Positions 21,101 through 32,525 of a stretch of 64,000 nt of DNA are shown here, piece by piece. This stretch comes from Actinomycetota bacterium (GTDB lineage Bacteria; Actinomycetota; CADDZG01; JAHWKV01): the NCBI GenBank assembly GCA_052389675.1, contig JBQTHR010000022.1:2891-66890 (forward strand). The letters run 5' to 3'. The notes under the pieces were generated by a model. That model was not told the origin of the DNA. It searched no databases and saw only the letters and a program-made list of their open reading frames with translations. The stretch's first letter is position 1; each line of letters starts with the position of its first letter. A program made the position numbers and the translations under genes.

Positions 21101-22895
21101 GGCCGAGCGAGTCGCCGTGCCAAAACGGCATCTTCCCCGGAACACCGGGGGCCGGAGTGACCAACACCCGGTCATGGGTGATCTGCTCGATGCGCCAGCT
21201 TGAGGCGCCGAGGGTGAAAACGTCGCCCAGCCGGGACTCGTAGACCATCTCCTCATCCAGCTCTCCCACCCGGGCGTTCCCCTCGCCACCCGCCAGGTAG
21301 ACGCCGAAAAGCCCCCGGTCCGGAATGGTCCCTCCGCTGGTCACCGCCAGCAGGCGGGCATTGCCCCGCGCGCTCAGTTTGCCGGTAAGCCGGTCCCAGT
21401 TGAGGCGGGGGCGCAACTCGGCGAACTCGTCGCTCGGGTAGAGCCCGGAGAGCATGTCAAGCACACCGGTCAGGGCTGAGGCGGGCAGATTCTCGAACGG
21501 GGCCGCCCGGCGCACCAGCGCCTCCACCTCCTCGACCTGCCAATCCTGAACCGCCACCATCGACACGAGGTGCTGCGCCAGCACGTCCAGCGGGTTGCGG
21601 GGGTAGCGCAACGCCTCGATTTGTCCGGCCTTCATGCGCTCGACCACCACCGCCGACTCCACCAGGTCCCCCCGCCATTTCGGCAGGATCAATCCCCGGC
21701 TCACCGCGCCCACCTGATGCCCGGCCCGGCCCACCCGCTGCAGCCCGGAGGAGACGCTGGAAGGGGACTCCACCTGGAGCACCAGGTCCACTGCTCCCAT
21801 GTCGATACCAAGCTCCAGCGACGAGGTTGCCACCACCGCCTTCAAAAGACCCAGCTTCAGCTCTTCTTCAATCAGCTTCCGCTGCTCCTTGCTCACCGAC
21901 CCGTGGTGAGCGCGGGCAATCGGCTCGCCGGCCAGATCGTTCACCTGAGCGCACAGCCGCTCGGCAAGCCGCCGGGAGTTGACGAAAACAATGGTCGAGC
22001 GGTGCGCCCGGATCTGTTCCACCACTTCTGCCTCGATACTTGGCCATATGCTCCGGTGCTGCGGGCCCCCGGCAGCCGAGCCCTCGGCTATGCCCTCCAG
22101 CTCGTCGCCCATCTCGCCCATGTCCTGCACCGGGACCACCACCCGCAGGTCGAACAGCTTGCTGGAAGGCGGGTTTACGACGGTTACCTCCCGGGGCCCA
22201 CCCAGGAACTTGGCGACCTCACCCAGCGGGCGGACCGTGGCCGACAGCCCGATTCGCTGCGCCGGCCGGCCGATCAGCGCGTCCAGACGTTCCAGGCTGA
22301 GCGCCAGGTGGGCACCCCGCTTGGTACCGGCAACTGCGTGCACCTCGTCGACAATCACCGTCCCCACGTAGCGCAGCGCCTCCCGTGCCCCCGAGGTGAG
22401 CAGCAAGAACAACGATTCCGGCGTGGTGATCAAGATGTCCGGCGGATGGGCAGCAAAGCGGCGACGCTGGTCGGCGGGAGTGTCGCCGGTGCGCAGAGCG
22501 AAGGTGATATCGGGAGCGGGGAGCCCCAGCCGTGCGGCGGCCTGCCCGATGCCGGTAACCGGTGAGCGGAGATTGCGCTCGATGTCCACCGCCAAGGCCT
22601 TCAAAGGCGACACATAGAGCACCCGCAGCCGCTCCTTGGGAGCAGGAACCGGGTGGGAGGCGATACGGTCGAGCGCCCACAGGAACGCTGCCAGGGTCTT
22701 TCCCGAGCCGGTGGGAGCGACCACCAGCGTGTCCTTGCCGTGCGCTACCGCCTTCCAGGTCCCTTCCTGGGCCGGGGTGGGTTGGCTGAAGCTGCTGGCG
22801 AACCAGTTGCGGGTAGGGGAGGAGAACAGATCGAGTGGTGCGGCCATCGGTCCATTCTCCACGACGCTGAGGCCGGGATCGGTCCTCAATAGCAA
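18183..22895 (-). CDS. lhr: Lhr-family large ATP-dependent helicase
   Basis: N-terminus FSSPTRNWFASSF...LVVAPTGSGKTLAAF, DEVH box, full-length about 1570 aa typical of Lhr; contains Gly-Pro-Ala low-complexity insert near C-terminus. Confidence 0.9.
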   Translation of the reverse strand: MLLRTDPGLSVVENGPMAAPLDLFSSPTRNWFASSFSQPTPAQEGTWKAVAHGKDTLVVAPTGSGKTLAAFLWALDRIASHPVPAPKERLRVLYVSPLKALAVDIERNLRSPVTGIGQAAARLGLPAPDITFALRTGDTPADQRRRFAAHPPDILITTPESLFLLLTSGAREALRYVGTVIVDEVHAVAGTKRGAHLALSLERLDALIGRPAQRIGLSATVRPLGEVAKFLGGPREVTVVNPPSSKLFDLRVVVPVQDMGEMGDELEGIAEGSAAGGPQHRSIWPSIEAEVVEQIRAHRSTIVFVNSRRLAERLCAQVNDLAGEPIARAHHGSVSKEQRKLIEEELKLGLLKAVVATSSLELGIDMGAVDLVLQVESPSSVSSGLQRVGRAGHQVGAVSRGLILPKWRGDLVESAVVVERMKAGQIEALRYPRNPLDVLAQHLVSMVAVQDWQVEEVEALVRRAAPFENLPASALTGVLDMLSGLYPSDEFAELRPRLNWDRLTGKLSARGNARLLAVTSGGTIPDRGLFGVYLAGGEGNARVGELDEEMVYESRLGDVFTLGASSWRIEQITHDRVLVTPAPGVPGKMPFWHGDSLGRPAELGRALGAFMREVGHATAAAASERLAAAGLDERAASNLVKYLAEQMEATGHLPTDRTIVLERFRDELGDWRLCIHSPFGARVHAPWALAIEGAVRTRLGAEVQTMHTDDGIVVRLPEADEAPPVDSVLFDPDLIEQIVTAQVGSSALFASRFRECASRALLLPKRRPGRRTPLWQQRQRSANLLQVASGYGSFPIVLETMRECLQDVFDLPGLTQLMRDLRSAKVRTVTVDTEHASPFASSLLFGYIGAFIYDGDAPLAERRAQALSLDTALLAELLGSSELRELIDSEALQEIELELQRLAENRRLRSIDDAHDALRTLGDLTAGELVARGADEDWLAELQSSRRALVLRVAGQERWVAIEDAGRFRDSLGVPLPVGVPDAFLKPVADPLGDLIGRFARTHGPFNPGEPAARLGLGQAVVQEVLARLEAKGRIVRGEFRPGGSGTEWCDAEVLRAVRRRCIAKLRSEVEAVAPEVLARFLPAWQGVGSMHPGGVELLYRTIEQLQGSPVPASALERLVLPARVISYQPALLDELCSAGEVVWAGAGAIGSDDGWLSLYLAADAPLLLPAPSSESLSEEATAVLAALSGGGAMFFRQIVSASGLSVDRIVLDALWELVWAGVVTNDTLAPVRALKGVGRSRSAPVRPGRRFGRGPGLPVRQGPPSSVGRWAVLPARIEDHTRRMSATAEQLLDRYGVLTRGAVVAEGVVGGFSAVYPVLKAMEEAGRCRRGYFVERLGAAQFAMPGAVDRMRSMATGAGAGPPGATGPPGAAPGAAGPPGAAESPGAAGPPGTVPGTVPGAAGPPGAAGPPGAAGSPGAVPGTVPGAAGPPGAVPGAAGPGAAESPGAALLAAADPANPFGAALAWPERPAEEGRGHRPGRKVGALVVLVEGALVLYVEKGGRTLLTFNHEPSLLQPAVDALALAVRQGALGKLAVEKADGEAVDDSPVGRAMQAAGFRHTPKGLRLRA
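18540..18840. repeat. GC-rich tandem repeats encoding collagen-like GPPGAA/GPPGTVPG tract inside lhr
   Basis: Repeated ggcccggcggcccccgg units; translates to (G-X-Y)-like PGAAGPPGAAGPPGAAGSPGAVPGTVPG. Confidence 0.7.
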
Positions 22896-23040
22896 GCCCT
22901 TCGCGACCGGACCGGAGGGTTCATACTGAACCGACGCGCACGGGCCCGGCCTCCCCGGCCGGTGGCGGCAAACCGGCGCCTGCGAATCCGGCTCCGCCGG
23001 AAACTATTTGCTGGCCCGCAGGCAATAGGAGTACAAAGCC

Positions 23041-25802
<2,762 letters not shown>

Positions 25803-25803
<1 letters not shown>

Positions 25804-26953
25804 ACAAGGGCCCGGGCCGCAAGCCCAAGGATCAGGAGAAGGAGCGGCTGCAAGAGGTGGCCCGACTGGAGGAGGCCTTCAAGGAGGTCTCGATCGAAAA
25901 CGCACTCCTGCGAAAAAAATCATGCTGGGCTTGATGGGCGCCATCCGGGGAAACCGCCTCGACCCGGAGGTCAAGCTCGAGCTGGTCGGCGCGGTTATGG
26001 AAGCCAAGAGGCAGGGCTTTGCCATCTCCCGCTCCTGCGAGCTGCTCATGCTGTCCCGCAGAAGGCTGCATCGGTGGATCGCTGGCAAGGATCTGGACAA
26101 TCTCACCGCCGAGGACCTGGCGGACGAGCCTCCGGTGCCCAAGACTCATGCCAACAAGATCACTGCAGAGGAACGGGACGCCGTGCTGGACGCCGCCAAG
26201 GATCCGGACAACTCGCATCTGCGCCACCGCAAGCTCACCCACAGGCTGTCTCGGGAGGGCGCATGCTTCGTCAGCCCATCAACGACGCTGAGATTGCTGC
26301 AAGAGGCCAACCTGGTGAGCGACTACCTGAGGCCACCCCGGCTCAAAGGCCAGAAACCGGACAAGGAAGCCACCGAGCCGAACCAGGTTTGGGGGTGGGA
26401 TATCAGCTGGCTGAAGGTCTGCGGGGCCTTCTGGTACCTGATCGCCATAGTGGATATGTATTCGCGCAAGATCGTCGGGCACGCCGTTCGCCCCCAGGCC
26501 ACCTCCGACGACGTCACCGACGTGTTCGATAAGGCGCTGGCCAACGATGGCCTGCTGGCCGTCGACGCCCCGATGCCCAAGTCCTTGTCCGACCGGGGAC
26601 CCCAGATGAAATCTCGCTCGATCCGCAGGTTCTTTGCCGACCTCGGGATCACCCAGCTGTTCGCCCGTCCCCGGACGCCGGCGGACAACGCTGAGATCGA
26701 AAGCTTCTTCGCCACCATCAAGGGAGAGCGGCTGTACCTGGCGGATTACGACGATCCGATCAAGATGATCAACGACGTGGACAGCTTTGTGATGTTCTAC
26801 AACGAGCAACGCCTTCATCAGGGCGTAGGATTCGTCACCCCCGCCGAAAAGCACGATGGCCGCTGGGTGGCCATCACCGCTGCACGGGAAGAAGGGATGA
26901 AGCACGCTCGACAGCGCCGGCTTCAGGTCAACCGAGGGTGCGGAGCGTGATCA
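25803..26953 (+). mobile_element. IS3-family element, 5'-truncated (orfA tail + intact orfB), no left end
   Basis: orfA C-terminus KGPGRKPKDQEKERLQEVARLEEAFKEVSIENALLRKK with A7 slippery site (cgaaaaaaatc) abutting acnA stop; orfB 25922..26950 with HTH and rve DDE core. Confidence 0.8.
25922..26950 (+). CDS. IS3-family transposase OrfB (integrase core)
   Basis: NQVWGWDISWL...IVDMYSRKIVGHAV...DRGPQMKS...ADNAEIESFFATIKGE DDE/rve motifs. Confidence 0.85.
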   Translation: MLGLMGAIRGNRLDPEVKLELVGAVMEAKRQGFAISRSCELLMLSRRRLHRWIAGKDLDNLTAEDLADEPPVPKTHANKITAEERDAVLDAAKDPDNSHLRHRKLTHRLSREGACFVSPSTTLRLLQEANLVSDYLRPPRLKGQKPDKEATEPNQVWGWDISWLKVCGAFWYLIAIVDMYSRKIVGHAVRPQATSDDVTDVFDKALANDGLLAVDAPMPKSLSDRGPQMKSRSIRRFFADLGITQLFARPRTPADNAEIESFFATIKGERLYLADYDDPIKMINDVDSFVMFYNEQRLHQGVGFVTPAEKHDGRWVAITAAREEGMKHARQRRLQVNRGCGA

Positions 26954-27329
26954 GAATGCTGCTTAATTCTCGACAGGACTGGGACAAAGGTGCTGGCGCA
27001 GTCGGCTATCGACGGCTTGTTTCGGAGTTCCTAGGAATGCGCCACCAGGACCGATAAGAACCTACAACGATGCCAGCCCCATGCGGCCTGGACGGAGGAT
27101 GAGGTTTTCTCGGGGCCGAAGTAGCGGCTGACGATCTTGCGAGAGCAGCTGTCGAGCACCGGGATCAGGTGATACAGGCCGGCCCGAGTGGGAATGTCGG
27201 TGATGTCGTAGCGCCAGGTCTGATTGGGCTCGGCGTCGTTGACCTCGGGCCTTGGCTGCCTTGGACCGGCTGCGCCGCTGGTAGCGGGGAACCTTGCCGG
27301 CGGCCCGCAGTACCCGAAGCGTCGAGGAC

Positions 27330-28010
27330 TCCGAACACCAGACCCGATTTTGCCGAGACAGCCGGTGGGTCAGGTTGCGGTGACGCTCATCGGCCAGCCC
27401 CGGCTCGTCGGCGGCCTTAATGATCTCGGCCTTCTCCTTCGCGCTCAGAGCGTGGGGTGCCACCTTGGCCACCGGCGGCCGGTCGCCCAGATCGTGCTGG
27501 CTCAGGTTGTTGACATCCCGTCCCCCGACCCAACGACGAAGGCGTCGGGAGTCGAGCAGGATCACCCGGCACGCCCGATCTATGGTCATACCTTGGTCCT
27601 TGGCGTCAGCCACGGCCCGGACGATCTGGAGCTTGACCTCGGCGACCAGGCGAGCGCCGCGGATGGGCCCGATCAAACCCCATTGACTTTTCCCCGCAGC
27701 AGGGTGTTCTCGATGGCCAGCTCCTTCAGGGCTTCGTTGGAACGCTCGAGCTCTTGTTGGAGCTGGGTAACCTGCTGATCTGACTTCTTGCGGCCGCGGC
27801 CCTTGCGCAGGGCCTCCAGGGATCCATCCTTTACCTTGGCCCGGATCGCCTTGAGCTGCCAGGTGGTGATGCCCCACTTGCGGCACACCTCGGCGTCGGT
27901 AGTGTTCTTGCGCGACGCCTCCAGGAAGATCTGCCACTTCTGATCCGGAGTCAGCCTGGAGCTCCGCTGTCTGCGTTCCTCGTCCATCTCCTCTCCCCTC
28001 CGGGTTCATA
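27330..28010 (-). mobile_element. second, divergent IS3-family fragment (complete orfA, orfB truncated before DDE core)
   Basis: orfA 27673..27987 (LTPDQKWQIF...leucine zipper); slippery gggaaaag; orfB N-terminal HTH about 50% identical to first copy, homology ends about 27364. Confidence 0.75.
27673..27987 (-). CDS. IS3-family transposase OrfA
   Basis: 104 aa, HTH + leucine zipper (QLQQELERSNEALKELAIENTLLRGK). Confidence 0.8.
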   Translation of the reverse strand: MDEERRQRSSRLTPDQKWQIFLEASRKNTTDAEVCRKWGITTWQLKAIRAKVKDGSLEALRKGRGRKKSDQQVTQLQQELERSNEALKELAIENTLLRGKVNGV

Positions 28011-28062
28011 TCACCCGCTCTGGGAAGGCTGCCAGGGTCAGGGTCTAAAAGAGTGGATTTAG

Positions 28063-28611
28063 AACGCCCAAAAGCGGTCGCAAGGTCTGACGCAAGCCGA
28101 TGAGATGGTGGTGCATGACATCCCCGATGAACGGCCCTTGTGTGAGGGAGACATCTTCTCTCTTGATGCCGGCGTCAAACTGAACGGCTGGCATGCCGAC
28201 ACGGCATTGACTCTTGCGGTAGGAGCAATTTCCCAGGAATCGCAACGGCTGATTCAGGCGACCAGGCAGGCGCTGGAGGCGGGTGTTGTGCAGTGCCGGC
28301 CGGGAGCCCGGCTGGGCGACGTTGGCCATGCCATTGAAACTGTGGCTGTGGCGGCAGGCTTCACGGTCATGGATCAGCTGGTGGGCCACGGGATCGGGCG
28401 CTCCCTGTACGAGGACCCCCAAGTACCCAACCGGGGAGAGCCGGGGACCGGACCGGTACTTCAAGAAGGCTGGGTCCTTGCGGTAGAGCCGATGCTGACC
28501 AGCGGCTCCGGCCAGATTCAACTCCTTCCCGACGGCTGGGGAGTCAAGACCGCCGATTGCTGCCCCGCCGCCCACTTCGAACACACCGTGGCGGTGGCCG
28601 GATGCCGTTGA
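28063..28611 (+). pseudogene. map: methionine aminopeptidase type I, 5'-truncated (C-terminal about 180 aa only)
   Basis: HDIPDERPLCEGDIFSLDAG...GHGIGRSLYEDPQVPN...EHTVAV are MetAP metal-binding motifs; N-terminal about 90 aa absent, frame opens right after a TAG next to IS fragment. Confidence 0.7.
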
Positions 28612-28789
28612 TCAGATTACTTCCGAGCCGAGCTTATATCCTGAACATCGCAAGCAGGTCCCGCTTGAATCCCGGCCACACCGGGGGGCTGGCCGGTAAA
28701 CACCCGGCCCTGGGGATCAAAATACTGCCAAGCACTCATCGGGAAGAACCGCGACGGCAAGAAGCTTTTCAACAATGGCAAGACCTCGC

Positions 28790-28915
28790 CGAGCTCCTTC
28801 CCTTAGGCACCTCCAGATCTCCGAGGCCACCTGGAACCGCTGGCGCAGCCAATACGATGGGATGAACGCCGAGGAACTCAAGCGGCTGAAAACGCTCGAT
28901 AGGGAGAATGCTCGA
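28790..28915 (+). mobile_element. third IS3-family OrfA fragment (about 40 codons)
   Basis: LQISEATWNRWRSQYDGMNAEELKRLKTLDRENARL resembles the N-terminal/zipper region of IS3 OrfA; no continuation. Confidence 0.45.
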
Positions 28916-28923
28916 CTACCGTG

Positions 28924-29166
28924 CTACTGGGTGTTTCTGTTCTTATCCGGTCTTCGGACTATGCTCAAACTTGCATACAAGAGGGCTAAAGACAAGATGC
29001 CGGTCCCAACGACGTTCCATGGTGTGGGAAGGCCGACACCGTAGCCGGAGAAAAAGCCTGCTCCGAACATGTAGATCAACGGCCCTCCGATTACCAAGAT
29101 TGCTAACGCGGTTACCACCCTAGCGATCAGCATCCGGCCCCATTCTATTCCCGGCTTCCGACGCAC
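28924..29166 (-). CDS. small 2-TM membrane protein (third gene of low-GC cassette; candidate immunity-like protein)
   Basis: 80 aa, two hydrophobic helices; start overlaps upstream gene by about 22 nt; region GC markedly lower than flanks. Confidence 0.5.
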   Translation of the reverse strand: MRRKPGIEWGRMLIARVVTALAILVIGGPLIYMFGAGFFSGYGVGLPTPWNVVGTGILSLALLYASLSIVRRPDKNRNTQ

Positions 29167-29618
29167 TCAGACCGCCAGAAAATGGGAAGCGACCCATGAT
29201 CAAAGTAACAATTCTTGGTCCAGGAATTGCTGCTGTTGGCTCTGAAGTAAGCGTGTTGTTGATAGTCGATATTCGGGGCGTGATGAAATTCTCCAACTAT
29301 GTCTATTCTTTCGTAACTCGGAGCGCCATGCGTAATGTAGTAGTAGCACTTCGGGTTCGACCACGGAAATACCGAGTGGTAACAGTAACCGTTAGAAAAC
29401 CGCATGTCCTGCACCCGATTCGTTTGCTGAACGTATTGCCCGCGGACGTAGACTTCAGTCGCGGTAACGCCGAACTGCTCCAAAACGGTGTGTTTAACCC
29501 ATCCCCGGTGAAAATGGTAACTTGACGATTGATATGCAGGGGTTGGCAAAACTGAAAACGTAAGAATTGTTGCGGCAAGAATGAGGGTGAATAGGACCCG
29601 GAACGTTCTGAGGCTCAC
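29145..29618 (-). CDS. secreted Cys/Tyr/His-rich protein of unknown function (second gene of low-GC cassette)
   Basis: Signal peptide MSLRTFRVLFTLILAATILTFSVLPTPA; 4 Cys, many Tyr/His; 4-nt overlap with upstream gene. Confidence 0.55.
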   Translation of the reverse strand: MSLRTFRVLFTLILAATILTFSVLPTPAYQSSSYHFHRGWVKHTVLEQFGVTATEVYVRGQYVQQTNRVQDMRFSNGYCYHSVFPWSNPKCYYYITHGAPSYERIDIVGEFHHAPNIDYQQHAYFRANSSNSWTKNCYFDHGSLPIFWRSECVGSRE

Positions 29619-30025
29619 GAGCGACCTCCCTCGAGGGAATTCAACTCGGTTGGAACAACAATTCGGCCACCCGCTGGTGGAGGGTTATCTATACCCCTTG
29701 ATGGTTCAACCTTGTCAACTCTGACTCTGCAGTCTTCCTCGATTACCCAGCCGATCTTAAGATCGGGTGCACTCCCCACGATTTCTGTTCCCACACCAAA
29801 GGGCTCCTCAAAGAAACAAGTATCTCCGTTCTTCCTACCTTGGGTTATCACATCTCCCTTCTTTAGGAAGACCTTCTGATATGGTTTGTTTCTTCCACCC
29901 TGGTGCGCAAAGGGCTTAACTGATTCCGATGCAGGCGACGTCGACCCAACTTCGCTCATGACGAATATTCCCATAACCAAAATCGCTGACAAAAGCGTGA
30001 TCGATAGTCCAGTTCTTCTACGCAT
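29615..30025 (-). CDS. secreted protein of unknown function (first gene of low-GC cassette)
   Basis: Signal peptide MRRRTGLSITLLSAILVMGIFVMS; 2 Cys; about 100-aa mature domain; no homology recognised. Confidence 0.55.
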   Translation of the reverse strand: MRRRTGLSITLLSAILVMGIFVMSEVGSTSPASESVKPFAHQGGRNKPYQKVFLKKGDVITQGRKNGDTCFFEEPFGVGTEIVGSAPDLKIGWVIEEDCRVRVDKVEPSRGIDNPPPAGGRIVVPTELNSLEGGRS

Positions 30026-30084
30026 ATGCCACTCCTCGCCCCGGTATACAGCGGCTGATGCTACTTCTTGCAGATAGGGGAGGG

Positions 30085-30106
30085 ATATAGGTACTTATAC
30101 CTATAT
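30085..30106. promoter_or_regulatory. AT-rich inverted repeat (9-bp arms, 4-bp spacer) in promoter region of low-GC cassette
   Basis: atataggta-ctta-tacctatat, about 60-80 bp upstream of cassette start codon. Confidence 0.5.
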
Positions 30107-30310
30107 GTCTCTGGGTACAATTGGTAGCAGATAAGTGGGGAGTCCGAGTCGGCCGGGTGGGCGTCTCCGAATATCCGGCGGCTTCGAGGTCGGAGCCTGA
30201 GGAGGAGATCTTGGACAAGCCGCGCTTCACGACTCCCCATCGCTCCTGTCGCTCCCTGGCGACCTTTCACCCAGAAGCCCTCACCCAGATCGCAGAAGTA
30301 TGCTGTAAGA

Positions 30311-30760
30311 ATGGGAAAGGTTGCAGTCCAGCGTTCCTTCGACGTCGAGGTGGGACGGGACGAGGCATGGAAGCGGCTGGCGAGAGTTGAGCAGTGGCCA
30401 GAGTGGGCCCCCACATCACCGCCGTGACCCTGTCGCCAAGCGGCTCTCTTGGTCCATCATCTAGCGGAGCTCTCCACATCCGGGTCTTGGTCGCAACACC
30501 TTCCAGATGTCTGGGTGGGAGCCTCCGAAACGGTGGGAGTGGACTGGGGGACTCCCAGGCGTTCGGATCCGGTACGACCACCGCTTCTAGGAGTTGGAAG
30601 ACAAGAATACGAGAATGACATGGGTAGTGACGCTCGACGGACCGCTCGCGTGGTTGATCCGCCCGGTCTTCGCGCGCGTTTACGGTCGCAACTTGGACAA
30701 AGCGATCCCACGGCTTCAGGACTGGATTCGTACTCAACCCGGATGAAAGGGTGTTGCTTC
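30311..30760 (+). pseudogene. SRPBCC (Bet v1/START-like polyketide-cyclase fold) family gene with at least two frameshifts
   Basis: MGKVAVQRSFDVEVGRDEAWKRLARVEQWPEWAP then frame switches at a C5 run to HITAVTLSPSG, later to a third frame (…ARVVDPPGLRARLR); ends uncertain. Confidence 0.35.
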
Positions 30761-30913
30761 ACCGATCCGGCCAGATGGGGAAGCTGGCGATTCAGGGGAA
30801 GTGGCTACCGGATGACCATAGCAACCGGTTCAGGCAGTACAAGACCCTTTTGCGGGGTGGGCGATGGCGGATTTCACCCCCCGCCCGGCTCGAGGGCATT
30901 AACCCCAGGGCGC

Positions 30914-31141
30914 CTAGCGGCCCATCCGCTCCTTGAGGCCCGGGATCCCCTTGAGGGCCGCCAAGACGGCGTCGCTGTCATCAACCTTGGGCTTGGCCGC
31001 GAGGAAGGGAGATTCCTCAGACTCGGGCCCGGCGCCGCCGGTCCTGAAATAGTCTTCGGCGGTCGGAACGGCGGGCCGGCCGGCCACTTTCTCCTTGAGT
31101 CCGGGAATCTGGCTCAATGCCTTATCGATGGATTCGGTCAT
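30914..31141 (-). CDS. small hypothetical protein with IPGLKE(K/R) motif at both ends
   Basis: 75-84 aa; repeated LSQIPGLKEKVAG / LKGIPGLKERMG. Confidence 0.35.
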   Translation of the reverse strand: MTESIDKALSQIPGLKEKVAGRPAVPTAEDYFRTGGAGPESEESPFLAAKPKVDDSDAVLAALKGIPGLKERMGR

Positions 31142-31267
31142 GCTGCACCCCTTTTCTTGAAGTCGCACGTTGGATGTACGAACCGATGACTTACCAGTAT
31201 CCGGCCGTTCGTACCGGAAAGCAAAACTATTACCCTGAAGGCTCCAGCTACCAACCGAAAGGATCGG

Positions 31268-31654
31268 ATGTACCTACGAACACGGAGCGCGTGCGCGCTC
31301 ACCCTCCTGCTGGCCGGCTGCGCCGGGTCTGCCGAGCGGAGCGCGGGAGTGACCAGCGGCCCGGCTACCGGCACTGGCGCAGTCAGGATCGAGATGGGGG
31401 ACAACGTCTTCGACCCGCAGACCCTTCGAGTTAGCGCGGGCGACGAGGTGGTGCTGGAGATTGCCAACGTGGGCGATGCGGCCCACGACTTCACAATCGA
31501 GCAACTGGATCTGGCCAGCGGAGTGGTCGCTCCCGGCCAGGTGGTTACCGCAACCTTCACCGCTCCCGGCGAAACTATCGAGTTCGTATGCACCCTGCAC
31601 CGGGGCATGGACGGTGCAATCGAGGTTAGTGGTGAGCGCGGCGGCCGAAAATGA
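31268..31654 (+). CDS. cupredoxin-domain lipoprotein (plastocyanin/azurin-like)
   Basis: Lipobox LLLAGCAG; His(AHDF)...Cys-Thr-Leu-His...Met ligand set (FVCTLHRGM). Confidence 0.75.
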   Translation: MYLRTRSACALTLLLAGCAGSAERSAGVTSGPATGTGAVRIEMGDNVFDPQTLRVSAGDEVVLEIANVGDAAHDFTIEQLDLASGVVAPGQVVTATFTAPGETIEFVCTLHRGMDGAIEVSGERGGRK

Positions 31655-31682
31655 CTGGAGTCGCTCTGCTGCTCGCGCTAGC

Positions 31683-32339
31683 ATGTTGGCTATGAACTTT
31701 GTTGGCGGGTCGAAGCACCGCCTTTCCTGCGTGCTGCTGCTGATGGCCTTGGCTGCCATGGCATGCGGCGACGGGTCTCCGGGAACTGACGCCACCGCCA
31801 CCCCCGCCGTCGGCCTTACCGTCAACTCTGCGGTGGGCCTGAAGAACGTGGGACCGGTGGTGGTGGGAATGACGCTGGAACAACTGCAAGAGGCCGCCGG
31901 TGTCTCGCTGGTGCGCCAGCCTGATTACGAAACCGCAATAGCCGCGACCGGCTGCGCGTTTATGAGCCCGGGGACCATACCCGGTTACGTGCCGCCACCC
32001 AACTCAGGCAACACCTCGCCGCTGGCATTCATGATCGTCAACAACTCGGCTGGGCTACCCGAGCTTGCCCGCATAGACATCTTGGCCGGCGGCTTCAGAA
32101 CCAATTCGGGCATCCAGGTGGGCAGTACCGAGCAAGAAGTCCAGACGGCGTTCGGCAACTCCAGCCCGCTGCCGCCGCGCAGCTTCATCGGCCCGCCTTT
32201 CCGCTACCTCACTGCCACCCCGCGTCAAGCAGCGGACGCCAATTTCCGGCTGGTGTTCGAGTCGGACGGCGCCCGGGTGGTGCGCTACCGGGCGGGCAGA
32301 CTTCCAGAGGTGCTGAACAAGAACGGCTGCAACCCCTAA
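31683..32339 (+). CDS. lipoprotein, unknown function
   Basis: Lipobox LAAMACG after hydrophobic leader; start at internal ATG of ORF-track entry. Confidence 0.5.
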   Translation: MLAMNFVGGSKHRLSCVLLLMALAAMACGDGSPGTDATATPAVGLTVNSAVGLKNVGPVVVGMTLEQLQEAAGVSLVRQPDYETAIAATGCAFMSPGTIPGYVPPPNSGNTSPLAFMIVNNSAGLPELARIDILAGGFRTNSGIQVGSTEQEVQTAFGNSSPLPPRSFIGPPFRYLTATPRQAADANFRLVFESDGARVVRYRAGRLPEVLNKNGCNP

Positions 32340-32525
32340 TGAGGCAATGAATCACAAAAAGTCACCTCCGGATTCCCGGCGCAAGAAGAAGCGCCTGTTC
32401 GTCCGGGCGCTCAGGGCCTTGGCGCTTCTTGGTGTGCTGGCCGTGGCGGGCAAGTACCTGTCCGATCCGGACCTTGGGGCGGCCCGGCGGGACAAGATTA
32501 CCGGCCTTCTGAAGGACCTGCGGGG

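Noticed and set aside
22896-23040. Divergent lhr/acnA intergenic region searched for an aconitase-type regulatory stem-loop
   Set aside because: No convincing conserved hairpin was found by eye. It would need covariance-model scanning.
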